A program made the position numbers and the translations under genes. Below, piece by piece: positions 1 to 7,989 of a stretch of DNA of 64,000 nucleotides. Under the pieces are notes generated by a model that was not told the origin of the DNA, searched no databases, and worked only from the letters and a program-made list of their open reading frames with translations. Each line of letters begins with the position of its first letter. The stretch's first letter is position 1. The stretch comes from a phage: assembly GCA_021469345.1 (NCBI GenBank), contig GCA_021469345.1_3049.1; one strand, given 5' to 3'.

Positions 1-19
1 AAAAAAAAAAATTCACAAA

Positions 20-58
20 ACAGTTTACATACCACAAGGACTGTGGTACTATACAACT
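20..58 (+). promoter_or_regulatory. T4-type early promoter (GTTTAC -35 at 23-28; TGGTACTATACAAC -10 region)
   Basis: Conserved ~40-bp motif that recurs upstream of early ORFs on the + strand; followed by GGAGG SD and ATG at 80. Confidence 0.6.
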
Positions 59-79
59 ATCAGCTACGGAGGAGTAAAA

Positions 80-343
80 ATGAAATTTAAATTTTATTAC
101 GCTAAACATAAAATTACCGGTGAATTTATTGCATTTACGACTTCAACTACAGGTGAAGGAGATATTTTTACTGCAGTATTTTTATCAAAATGGGAATCAG
201 ATCAACCTTACTTATCATCACGTGAAGATCTCCAACGATTAGTTAATGGAGAATATAATGATTCATGGTCATATTTAGTCCATGATTGTGTTAAAAAGGC
301 AATAAAACAAAAACACCTGGAAATCGTTGAGATTGAACTATGA
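80..343 (+). CDS. hypothetical early protein (87 aa)
   Basis: ORF track; strong SD; lies in the ndd-distal early region. Confidence 0.5.
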   Translation: MKFKFYYAKHKITGEFIAFTTSTTGEGDIFTAVFLSKWESDQPYLSSREDLQRLVNGEYNDSWSYLVHDCVKKAIKQKHLEIVEIEL

Positions 344-525
344 GTTCACTGTGGTGGTGTTTTGTTTGGTTAATTAGTATTCCAGTAATTTGTTTAACAT
401 TTACTTTTGTGATGAGGTTATTATGAAAATTTTGAATTCTGTACTTATTGCTTGTGCGTGGTGGGTTGCACAGGTTTCAGCGGTAGTAGTTGGTATTCAC
501 ATTTATTACGAATATTTTTAAAAAA

Positions 526-562
526 GTTGTTTACAAGACTGTTCCTCTGTGGTACTATTACC
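526..562 (+). promoter_or_regulatory. T4-type early promoter (GTTTAC at 529-534; TGGTACTATT -10 region)
   Basis: Same conserved motif as 20-58. Confidence 0.55.
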
Positions 563-586
563 CTATCAACTACGGAGGAACAGAAA

Positions 587-700
587 ATGAAAAAGATTGT
601 TAAAGCTATATGGAATGTAGTTATAATACTAATAGTTTTGAGTATATTCCCAATCGTTTTAATGATTGATGTATTAAACGTTTACTTTGGATTTATGTGA
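587..700 (+). CDS. small hydrophobic protein (37 aa)
   Basis: ATG at 587 after GGAGG SD; the track ORF 452..700 is an upstream extension running through the promoter. Confidence 0.4.
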   Translation: MKKIVKAIWNVVIILIVLSIFPIVLMIDVLNVYFGFM

Positions 701-707
701 GGAAAAT

Positions 708-905
708 ATGAAACGTAAACGCAGTGCTTTTACATTTATTGAATGGTTTTTCGATAATATTTTTCCGGCTTTATTCATTTTCATGCTGATTTTTGCCTTA
801 GGTTCAGTTGTAGTTGGAATCTATTTGATGACAGTAGTCGGAATTGATATTCATCAAAATGGTTTAAAATCCGTAGTTGAAACAATTTGGAATGGTGTAA
901 AATGA
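708..905 (+). CDS. hypothetical membrane protein (65 aa)
   Basis: ATG at 708 with SD GAGGAAAA; hydrophobic core. Confidence 0.4.
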   Translation: MKRKRSAFTFIEWFFDNIFPALFIFMLIFALGSVVVGIYLMTVVGIDIHQNGLKSVVETIWNGVK

Positions 906-1012
906 TGAATTTACTAAACATTTGGTTTTATATTCTCATGTTTTACATTGGTGCAAATTTCCCATATTGGATGGGATGGTCAACAACTGCATTTGGATTT
1001 TATACTCCTTGA
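902..1012 (+). CDS. small hydrophobic ORF (36 aa)
   Basis: ATGA overlap with preceding ORF; manually translated; below the track size cutoff. Confidence 0.3.
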   Translation: MMNLLNIWFYILMFYIGANFPYWMGWSTTAFGFYTP

Positions 1013-1020
1013 GGTGAATT

Positions 1021-1236
1021 ATGAAAAGTTTTAAAGATGTAAAAGTTGGTGAAATTTTTTGTTTAGATAACGGTGATCAGTTAATTCGTATTTCACCTCT
1101 TAAGAGCACTAGCGAGAAACCGACAGTTAACGCTACTTTAGCAAATAACAGTAATGAACGTTTCTGTATTGAAAATGATACTGAAACTTATACCGTAGAA
1201 GAGTTTTGGGAATTGAGCGTCGACTGCGACGATTAA
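1021..1236 (+). CDS. hypothetical early protein (71 aa)
   Basis: ORF track; SD GAGGTGA; hairpin GGCCGC/GCGGCC downstream at 1242-1261. Confidence 0.5.
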   Translation: MKSFKDVKVGEIFCLDNGDQLIRISPLKSTSEKPTVNATLANNSNERFCIENDTETYTVEEFWELSVDCDD

Positions 1237-1293
1237 TTTAATGGCCGCGTATTCATGCGGCCTTGGAGTAGAAAATAATTAGAGGAAATTAAA

Positions 1294-1752
1294 ATGAAAT
1301 ATATGACTGTTACTGATCTGAACAATGCAGGCGCAACTGTTATTGGTACAATCAAGGGCGGTGAATGGGTTTTTGGAACTCCGCATAAAGATATTTTATC
1401 TAAACCTGGATTTTACTTTTTAGTAAGTAAATTAGATGGTCGTCCATTTAGTAATCCATGCGTGTCTGCACGATTTTATGTAGGCAATCAGCGTTCTAAG
1501 CAAGGATTCAGCGCAGTTCTAAGTCATATTCGTCAACGCCGGTCTCAGCTTGCGCGTACTATTGCAAATAACAATGTTCCATACACAGTATTTTATCTGC
1601 CTGCTTCTAAGATGAAACCTCTGACGACTGGATTTGGAAAAGGACAGTTAGCTTTGGCGTTTACTCGTAATCATCATTCTGAGTATCAAACGCTTGAAGA
1701 AATGAATCGTATGTTGGCTGATAACTTTAAATTTGTTTTGCAGGCATATTAA
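1294..1752 (+). CDS. ndd: Ndd nucleoid disruption protein
   Basis: 152 aa; sequence and position next to stp/ac match my recollection of T4 Ndd (151 aa). Confidence 0.75.
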
Positions 1753-1832
1753 TGAGTAATTTCCACAATGAACACGTGATGCAGTTCTATCGTAACAATC
1801 TTAAAACCAAAGGCGTCTTCGGACGCCAGTGA
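1752..1832 (+). CDS. stp: Stp peptide (26 aa), activator of host PrrC anticodon nuclease
   Basis: Manual translation [26 protein letters not shown]; ATGA overlap with ndd stop. Confidence 0.8.
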
Positions 1833-1839
1833 GGAAAAT

Positions 1840-1998
1840 ATGAATATCGCAAAATTATTAGGAGTTATTTCATTTATTTGTTGGATAGTAGCATGTGTTT
1901 TAACTATCTGTATCGATGCTAGCAGTGTGTTTTCGCAGGCTTTAGCTCAGGGTATGTGTGCATATTTAACATTTGTGTTGTTATCTACTAATGATTAA
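1840..1998 (+). CDS. ac: Ac (acriflavine sensitivity) small membrane protein, 52 aa
   Basis: Manual translation MNIAKLLGVISFICWIVACVL...; position between stp and gene 52. Confidence 0.65.
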   Translation: MNIAKLLGVISFICWIVACVLTICIDASSVFSQALAQGMCAYLTFVLLSTND

Positions 1999-2131
1999 GA
2001 AAATCTTGGGCTATTCATTAGCCCTTGCTACTTTATTGGTAGCATTATATTACGGAATAATGTTCGGATTAATTCAAGTCGTGCTTTTCATTTCTGATGT
2101 TATTATGGCACTACATTCACTAGTATGGTAA
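1991..2131 (+). CDS. small membrane ORF (46 aa), positional equivalent of T4 52.1
   Basis: Manual translation MIKKILGYSLALATLLVALYYG...; ends 4 nt before gene 52. Confidence 0.4.
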   Translation: MIKKILGYSLALATLLVALYYGIMFGLIQVVLFISDVIMALHSLVW

Positions 2132-2135
2132 ATTT

Positions 2136-3464
2136 ATGCAACTGAATAATCGCGATTTAAAAAGTATCATTGATAATGAAGCATTGGCTTATGCTATGTA
2201 CACGGTTGAAAATCGTGCTATTCCAAATATGATTGATGGATTTAAGCCAGTTCAACGATTTGTTATTGCTCGAGCTCTTGATTTGGCACGAGGAAATAAA
2301 GATAAGTTTCACAAACTCGCTTCTATCGCAGGTGGTGTAGCGGACCTTGGATATCATCATGGTGAAAAATCTGCGCAAGACGCAGGTGCTTTGATGGCTA
2401 ACACTTGGAATAATAACTTTCCTCTGTTAGATGGTCAAGGAAACTTCGGTTCTCGTACTGTCCAAAAAGCAGCAGCGAGTCGTTATATTTTTGCTCGTGT
2501 AAGTAAAAATTTCTATAACGTATATAAAGATACTGAGTATGCTCCGGTACATCAAGATAAAGAACATATTCCGCCTGCTTTCTATTTGCCTATTATTCCT
2601 ACTGTTCTTCTTAATGGCGTTTCCGGTATTGCAACTGGTTATGCAACTTACATTCTTCCTCATAGTGTTTCTTCTGTCAAGAAAGCTGTACTGCAAGCTC
2701 TTCAAGGAAAGAAAGTAACTAAACCGAAGGTAGAATTCCCAGAATTTCGTGGTGAAGTCGTTGAGATTGACGGTCAATATGAAATTCGTGGAACGTACAA
2801 GTTTACTTCACGAACTCAAATGAATATCACTGAGATTCCGTATAAGTATGATCGTGAAACTTATGTGAGTAAAATCTTAGACCCGCTTGAAGATAAAGGC
2901 TTCATTACATGGGATGATGCTTGTGGTGAGCATGGCTTTGGCTTTAAAGTTAAATTCCGCAAAGAATACGCTTTGAGTAATAACGAAGAAGAACGCCATG
3001 CAAAAATCATGAAAGACTTCGGGTTGATTGAGCGTCGTTCCCAAAATATTACAGTCATTAATGAGAAAGGAAAGCTGCAAGTTTACGATAACGTAGTTGA
3101 TTTAATTAAAGACTTTGTTGAAGTTCGTAAAACTTATGTCCAAAAACGAATTGATAACAAAATCAAAGAAACTGAATCAGCATTTCGTTTAGCCTTTGCC
3201 AAGGCACATTTCATTAAGAAAGTAATTTCAGGTGAAATTGTTGTACAGGGTAAAACTCGTAAAGAACTGACCGAAGAACTTTCGAAAATCGACATGTATT
3301 CTTCTTATGTTGATAAACTAGTTGGAATGAATATTTTTCATATGACTTCCGACGAAGCAAAGAAACTTGCTGAAGAAGCTAAAGCTAAGAAAGAAGAAAA
3401 CGAATATTGGAAAACTACTGATGTAGTTACCGAATACACCAAAGATTTAGAGGAAATCAAATGA
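2136..3464 (+). CDS. 52: DNA topoisomerase II medium subunit gp52
   Basis: 442 aa; GyrA-like N-terminal region (GFKPVQRF); length equals T4 gp52. Confidence 0.9.
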   Translation: MQLNNRDLKSIIDNEALAYAMYTVENRAIPNMIDGFKPVQRFVIARALDLARGNKDKFHKLASIAGGVADLGYHHGEKSAQDAGALMANTWNNNFPLLDGQGNFGSRTVQKAAASRYIFARVSKNFYNVYKDTEYAPVHQDKEHIPPAFYLPIIPTVLLNGVSGIATGYATYILPHSVSSVKKAVLQALQGKKVTKPKVEFPEFRGEVVEIDGQYEIRGTYKFTSRTQMNITEIPYKYDRETYVSKILDPLEDKGFITWDDACGEHGFGFKVKFRKEYALSNNEEERHAKIMKDFGLIERRSQNITVINEKGKLQVYDNVVDLIKDFVEVRKTYVQKRIDNKIKETESAFRLAFAKAHFIKKVISGEIVVQGKTRKELTEELSKIDMYSSYVDKLVGMNIFHMTSDEAKKLAEEAKAKKEENEYWKTTDVVTEYTKDLEEIK

Positions 3465-3610
3465 GTCCATTCATAGGTATTACAAGCGCTGCATTAGTAT
3501 CTGGTAGCATTTTACTAGCGGGCTTAGGTGTTGTTCCAGCCGTAGCAGGAGGTCTTCTTGCTTTTGGTATTCAGCGTGTTATCATGATAGTTATCACGGT
3601 CATGCAGTAA
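3461..3610 (+). CDS. small membrane protein (49 aa), motA.1 position
   Basis: ATGA overlap with gene 52 stop; hydrophobic; manually translated. Confidence 0.4.
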   Translation: MSPFIGITSAALVSGSILLAGLGVVPAVAGGLLAFGIQRVIMIVITVMQ

Positions 3611-3615
3611 TTTTT

Positions 3616-3640
3616 GGGGAGCTTCGGCTCCCCTTTTTTA
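3616..3640 (+). terminator. rho-independent terminator (GGGGAGC-TTCG-GCTCCCC + T-run)
   Basis: Perfect GC stem with tetraloop followed by T6. Confidence 0.7.
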
Positions 3641-3662
3641 TTTCAAAAATTTTTTTCACAAA

Positions 3663-3702
3663 ACGGTTTACAACCAAAGCATACTGTGGTACTATACAAC
3701 TA
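3663..3702 (+). promoter_or_regulatory. T4-type early promoter (GTTTAC at 3666-3671)
   Basis: Near-identical to the promoter at 20-58. Confidence 0.6.
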
Positions 3703-3736
3703 TCAACTACTGATACAGAATTACGGAGATTAGAAA

Positions 3737-4372
3737 ATGTCTAAAGTAACTTACATCATCAAAGCTTCTAACGATGTTCTGAATGAAAAAACTGCTGCGA
3801 TTTTAATTACCATTGCTAAGAAAGATTTCATTACAGCTGCAGAAGTTCGTGAGGTGCATCCAGATTTAGGTAACGCAGTAGTTAATAGTAATATTGGGGT
3901 ATTGATTAAAAAAGGCCTGGTGGAGAAATCTGGTGATGGATTAATCATTACTGGTGAAGCTCAAGATATTATTTCAAATGCAGCAACTTTATACGCGCAG
4001 GAAAATGCTCCGGAACTGCTGAAAAAACGAGCAACTCGTAAAGCTCGTGAGATTACTTCTGATATGGAAGAAGATAAAGACTTCATGTTAAAACTTTTGG
4101 ATGAAAATGGATTTGTTCTTAAAAAAGTTGAAACTTATCGTAGTAACTATCTTGCTATTTTAGAAAAACGCACTCACGGAATTCGTAATTTTGAAATTAA
4201 CAACAATGGAAATATGCGAATTTTTGGATACAAAATGATGGAACATCATATTCAGAAATTTACTGATATCGGAATGTCATGTAAAATCGCTAAAAACGGT
4301 AATGTGTATCTTGACATTAAACGCTCGGCAGAAAACATTGAAGCTGTAATCGCTGTAGCATCTGAACTGTGA
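3737..4372 (+). CDS. motA: MotA middle-transcription activator
   Basis: 211 aa; length and position between 52 and asiA match T4 MotA. Confidence 0.85.
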   Translation: MSKVTYIIKASNDVLNEKTAAILITIAKKDFITAAEVREVHPDLGNAVVNSNIGVLIKKGLVEKSGDGLIITGEAQDIISNAATLYAQENAPELLKKRATRKAREITSDMEEDKDFMLKLLDENGFVLKKVETYRSNYLAILEKRTHGIRNFEINNNGNMRIFGYKMMEHHIQKFTDIGMSCKIAKNGNVYLDIKRSAENIEAVIAVASEL

Positions 4373-4382
4373 GGAATAAATA

Positions 4383-4712
4383 ATGAACAAGTTAGAAATT
4401 GTTAATGAACTTCGTCGTTGTGCAGAACCTACTCAAGAGGGTTGGGATATTTGGTACCATGGAGCTTATCTTGGAACTATCGTAAAGATTAAGACTGGTA
4501 AATACATGATTATTCGTGAAAGTAAAGATGCTCCAGTAGGTATTCGCAATAATTTTATGGCAGCAATAAGTTCATTTACGGATGCAGCTTACGAAATTTA
4601 CCTTGCCGATTATAAAGAATTCCAGGAATCTCAACCGGTTATTCGTTCAATTGGTGTTAACAAAGCTCAACAGAAAACTTTGTGGCAACGTATTAAAGGG
4701 TGGTTTAAATGA
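4383..4712 (+). CDS. hypothetical protein (109 aa), arn.4 position
   Basis: ORF track; tightly packed between motA and arn. Confidence 0.5.
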   Translation: MNKLEIVNELRRCAEPTQEGWDIWYHGAYLGTIVKIKTGKYMIIRESKDAPVGIRNNFMAAISSFTDAAYEIYLADYKEFQESQPVIRSIGVNKAQQKTLWQRIKGWFK

Positions 4713-5170
4713 ACCCATTTATCAATCGTTTAAAAATGTTAAATGTTCCTTTATCTCGTGAAACTCCAGAAAGTCTTGTTGAAAAATTTAAAGCGCATGG
4801 TTATAAATGCACAGAAGAAGATATTCTGAAAGAAGTTCCTGAAATCTGTTGGCAGACTGCGTATTGGGATGAAAACCAAAAGTATCAACGACGAATTGTC
4901 TGCGCAGCCAACCGTTTTAAATTAAAAGATGGACGAACTCTTATTATTCCAGGTGCTCGTCATTATTCTAAAGATATGGCAGAAGTTTTAGATGTAGTTA
5001 AACCTCAATTAGTTACTCAACAAGTTTGTGATGATGACCAAGGGTTTATTGACCAATATAGTAATTATTGGACACGTGAAGAAGCAATGATTATTGCAAC
5101 TTACGCTGGACAAGTACGTATTGAACGTGGTGGTAGTGAAAAAGAACTTTATTCTGAGGACCTTTACTAA
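4709..5170 (+). CDS. hypothetical protein (153 aa)
   Basis: ORF track; ATGA overlap with the upstream ORF. Confidence 0.5.
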   Translation: MNPFINRLKMLNVPLSRETPESLVEKFKAHGYKCTEEDILKEVPEICWQTAYWDENQKYQRRIVCAANRFKLKDGRTLIIPGARHYSKDMAEVLDVVKPQLVTQQVCDDDQGFIDQYSNYWTREEAMIIATYAGQVRIERGGSEKELYSEDLY

Positions 5171-5466
5171 TGAATATTAAACAGTTTCAAATTGATGGAA
5201 TTATGAATCAAATCCAGGCGCTGGAATATGCTAATAAAATGATGTCAACCAAATGGGGAATTTATGCCAATGAACCGGCATTTCAGTTCTGTAATATGGA
5301 ATTCACTAAAAAGCTCGTAGGAAAAGATTATGTATGTCCATTTAGTTCTCCAGTAAATGGAATGCTAAAACCTGCTTTACGCGATCTTTATATTGCGATG
5401 AACGAAGAAATGATAAAAGAGTTAAAACGTCAACTGAAGGTGATTCAATTTGGCCAGGGAAATTAA
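5170..5466 (+). CDS. hypothetical protein (98 aa)
   Basis: ORF track. Confidence 0.45.
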   Translation: MNIKQFQIDGIMNQIQALEYANKMMSTKWGIYANEPAFQFCNMEFTKKLVGKDYVCPFSSPVNGMLKPALRDLYIAMNEEMIKELKRQLKVIQFGQGN

Positions 5467-5668
5467 TTCAAAATCCGATTATTTTAATTCTCTCAATGAT
5501 AAAGATAAAAATCTAATACGGCATTTTATCGTTGAGATGGGATATACTGATACACGTGATTTAAGAGAACATATATTTGAATGTGGTGTAGCTAAAAAGT
5601 TTTCATTCACATGCAAATGTTTAAGAGAGGTAATTCAGCACTATGAACAATTTAGTCGCAAAACATAA
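5450..5668 (+). CDS. hypothetical protein (72 aa)
   Basis: ORF track. Confidence 0.4.
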   Translation: MAREINSKSDYFNSLNDKDKNLIRHFIVEMGYTDTRDLREHIFECGVAKKFSFTCKCLREVIQHYEQFSRKT

Positions 5669-5751
5669 TTTTAATAAAGCTTCTGTTCATAAGGATAAGA
5701 AGAAAGCGTTTAAAGAATCTAATCGCAAACAGAAACATAAGGGGAAGGTCT

Positions 5752-6030
5752 ATGATTATTGATTCTCAGTCCGTGGTTCAATACACAATCAAAATTGATA
5801 TTCTAGAAAAGCTATATAAGTTTTTACCAAACCTATACCATTCAATTGTTAATGAATTAGTTGAAGAACTACATCTTGAGAATAATGATTTCTTGATTGG
5901 AACTTATAAAGACCTCTCAAAAGCAGGATATTTTTACGTAATTCCAGCTCCAGGAAAAAGTATTGATGATGCATTAAAAACTATAATGATTTATGTCCAT
6001 GATTACGAAATTGAAGATTATTTCGAATGA
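5752..6030 (+). CDS. arn: Arn anti-restriction protein (McrBC inhibitor), 92 aa
   Basis: Length, acidic C-terminus and position upstream of asiA match T4 Arn. Confidence 0.6.
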   Translation: MIIDSQSVVQYTIKIDILEKLYKFLPNLYHSIVNELVEELHLENNDFLIGTYKDLSKAGYFYVIPAPGKSIDDALKTIMIYVHDYEIEDYFE

Positions 6031-6179
6031 GTCATAATCTTGAAAAAGTAATCGAGCATAATGTAGCTCAGGAACGTAAGTCGTTCAAAGAATTCGTAGA
6101 AAAAATTTTTGAAGAAAATAACACAGACCAGTTTACAAATCAAGCGTCTGATGATATTATAATAAAGTCAACTAATTGA
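6027..6179 (+). CDS. small ORF (50 aa), asiA.1 position
   Basis: ATGA overlap with arn; manually translated MSHNLEKVIEHNVAQERKSF... Confidence 0.4.
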   Translation: MSHNLEKVIEHNVAQERKSFKEFVEKIFEENNTDQFTNQASDDIIIKSTN

Positions 6180-6191
6180 GTGGTATAGTTA

Positions 6192-6464
6192 ATGAATAAA
6201 AATATTGATACAGTTCGTGAAATTATTACTGTTGCGTCTATTTTGATTAAATTTTCCAGAGAAGATATTGTTGAAAATCGTGCTAATTTTATTGCATTTC
6301 TGAATGAGATTGGAGTAACGCATGAAGGTAGAAAATTAAATCAGAATTCATTCCGTAAAATTGTTTCTGAATTAACTCAAGAAGATAAGAAAACCCTCAT
6401 CGACGAATTCAACGAGGGTTTTGAGGGTGTATATCGATATCTAGAGATGTATACGAACAAATAA
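6192..6464 (+). CDS. asiA: AsiA anti-sigma-70 factor
   Basis: 90 aa; MNKNIDTVREIITVASILIKFSRED... matches T4 AsiA. Confidence 0.9.
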   Translation: MNKNIDTVREIITVASILIKFSREDIVENRANFIAFLNEIGVTHEGRKLNQNSFRKIVSELTQEDKKTLIDEFNEGFEGVYRYLEMYTNK

Positions 6465-7121
6465 TTATTTAGCCCTTCCTAATATTCTGGCCGCCTGAGC
6501 ACATATTGATTCAAGGCGGTCATTACTTATATGATCATTTCTATACCAGTACATGGTTATTGTTCCAGCATAGATATTATCCAAATTGAAATATGGACAA
6601 CTGTACATGTAATTTATTTCGGGAGTAGGCTTTTTAGTTGGTAAAAAAGCAAATTTTGAGTTGGAATAATAATGACGTCCATTTAAATGAACTGTATATT
6701 CATCCATAGTTTTATCAACAGGATATCCTCCAAGTGATTTTTCACTTATTGTTGAAGGTAATTTTCCTTCGTATGCTATAATATCAACAAAATAGTTTAA
6801 GTTTTTAGGGCGGAAAGAATACACCGCACTAAAGTCTGCCTCAGATGATATATGAACTATCTGGAGTTGTTCCAGGGCGACAGATTCAAAGCGTGCAGTT
6901 CTTTCCTTTTCAATAATTTCACTGTATGTTTCATACTTTGATTGCTTATAGTACTCAAAGAAACTATCTCCCCTATACCAAACAATCGCCATTATAAACA
7001 AAAGAATTACGACAGCTACCCGGGAAGCAAGAACTTTCCCGGTAGCGTTATCTTTGAACAAGCGATCTAGAACACCAAATAGAATATCAGAGGGCGAAAA
7101 TGATATTCTAGGTGCTGCCAT
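6465..7121 (-). CDS. t: holin T
   Basis: 218 aa; N-terminal TM segment and large C-terminal domain; length equals T4 T. Confidence 0.9.
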   Translation of the reverse strand: MAAPRISFSPSDILFGVLDRLFKDNATGKVLASRVAVVILLFIMAIVWYRGDSFFEYYKQSKYETYSEIIEKERTARFESVALEQLQIVHISSEADFSAVYSFRPKNLNYFVDIIAYEGKLPSTISEKSLGGYPVDKTMDEYTVHLNGRHYYSNSKFAFLPTKKPTPEINYMYSCPYFNLDNIYAGTITMYWYRNDHISNDRLESICAQAARILGRAK

Positions 7122-7152
7122 AGACCCTCCTTTTAAGGATATTTATTCAAAA

Positions 7153-7959
7153 TTATACTCTTGAACCGTATATTGTACCAACTTTAGTCCAAGTTGGAGC
7201 ATTACCAGTAACAGCTTTACCCGCTGCACCAGCACCACTGGTATTATAGTTTAATGTACGGACAGCAGCGCCGCCAGCAGAACCAACATTACCACCTGCA
7301 CCACTCATGTTATTACCGTCAACGGTTACTTTACCACCTGCGGCGGTTAACGATGCATTACCACCATTACCTCGACCACCTCGACCACCAGTACCGAAAG
7401 GACGTCCGCCTCCACCACCAGCAACATTACCTAATGTGAAGTTATAATCTACGGACCAACCACCGCCGCCACCGCCACCGCCAGCAATTGCACCATTATT
7501 CGTAATACGTAAGCGTGTACCAATACCATTATTAATCGCTGTACCACCAGCAGTTGCTCGAACTAAAGCATCTCCAGAACCTCCACTAGATCCAGATCCA
7601 TTACCTCCTCGGCCATAAACAGTAACGCCAGAGTTAATAATCAATGTCACATATTCATTAGTTAATGAACTAGGAAAATCTAAGCACGGAATAGTTGAAG
7701 AACTAGAAACAATATCTCCTGTTATTGTTACAACAGCAGGAGCTGTTCAAATTGATTTAAGCCAATTAATTAAAGTATCTTTATTATATGAATGATTTGA
7801 GCCAATTGAATAAGCTTTTTCAACTGACTTTCCTGCCATTGAACTCATCCAACCGGGAACTGAAACACGAACTGCTCTCATCGCAGCATCCATCCAACGT
7901 TGTCCAGTTTCATTCACGGCAGATTCGCCAATCCAGCCAGGAACACCTACAATTGCCAT
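7153..7959 (-). CDS. 38: gp38 receptor-binding adhesin (T2-type, glycine-rich), interrupted by an in-frame TGA at 7747..7749
   Basis: N-terminal MAIVGVPGWIGESAVNETGQRW... (7959..7750) and glycine-rich C-terminal part (7650..7153) are in the same frame, separated by one TGA and 33 sense codons. Confidence 0.7.
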
Positions 7960-7970
7960 TAAAAATCCTT

Positions 7971-7988
7971 AGAGGGCCGAAGCCCTCT
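7971..7988 (-). promoter_or_regulatory. GC hairpin (AGAGGGC-CGAA-GCCCTCT) between genes 37 and 38
   Basis: Perfect 7-bp stem immediately upstream of the gp38 SD (AAGGA). Confidence 0.35.
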
Positions 7989-7989
7989 T

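Noticed and set aside
452-586. N-terminal extension of track ORF 452..700 (MCVVGCTGFSGSS...)
   Set aside because: The extension reads through an early promoter. The real start is more likely the ATG at 587, which follows a GGAGG SD.
6462-6467. asiA and t stop codons directly abutting (convergent genes with zero spacer)
   Set aside because: Compact convergent arrangement typical of this genome type. No evidence of overlap-mediated regulation from sequence alone.
7254-7439. Track ORF on the + strand (MYGQQRRQQNQHYHLHH...) inside the gp38 region
   Set aside because: It is the antisense reading of the glycine-rich GGN repeats of gp38, a low-complexity artefact with no start context.
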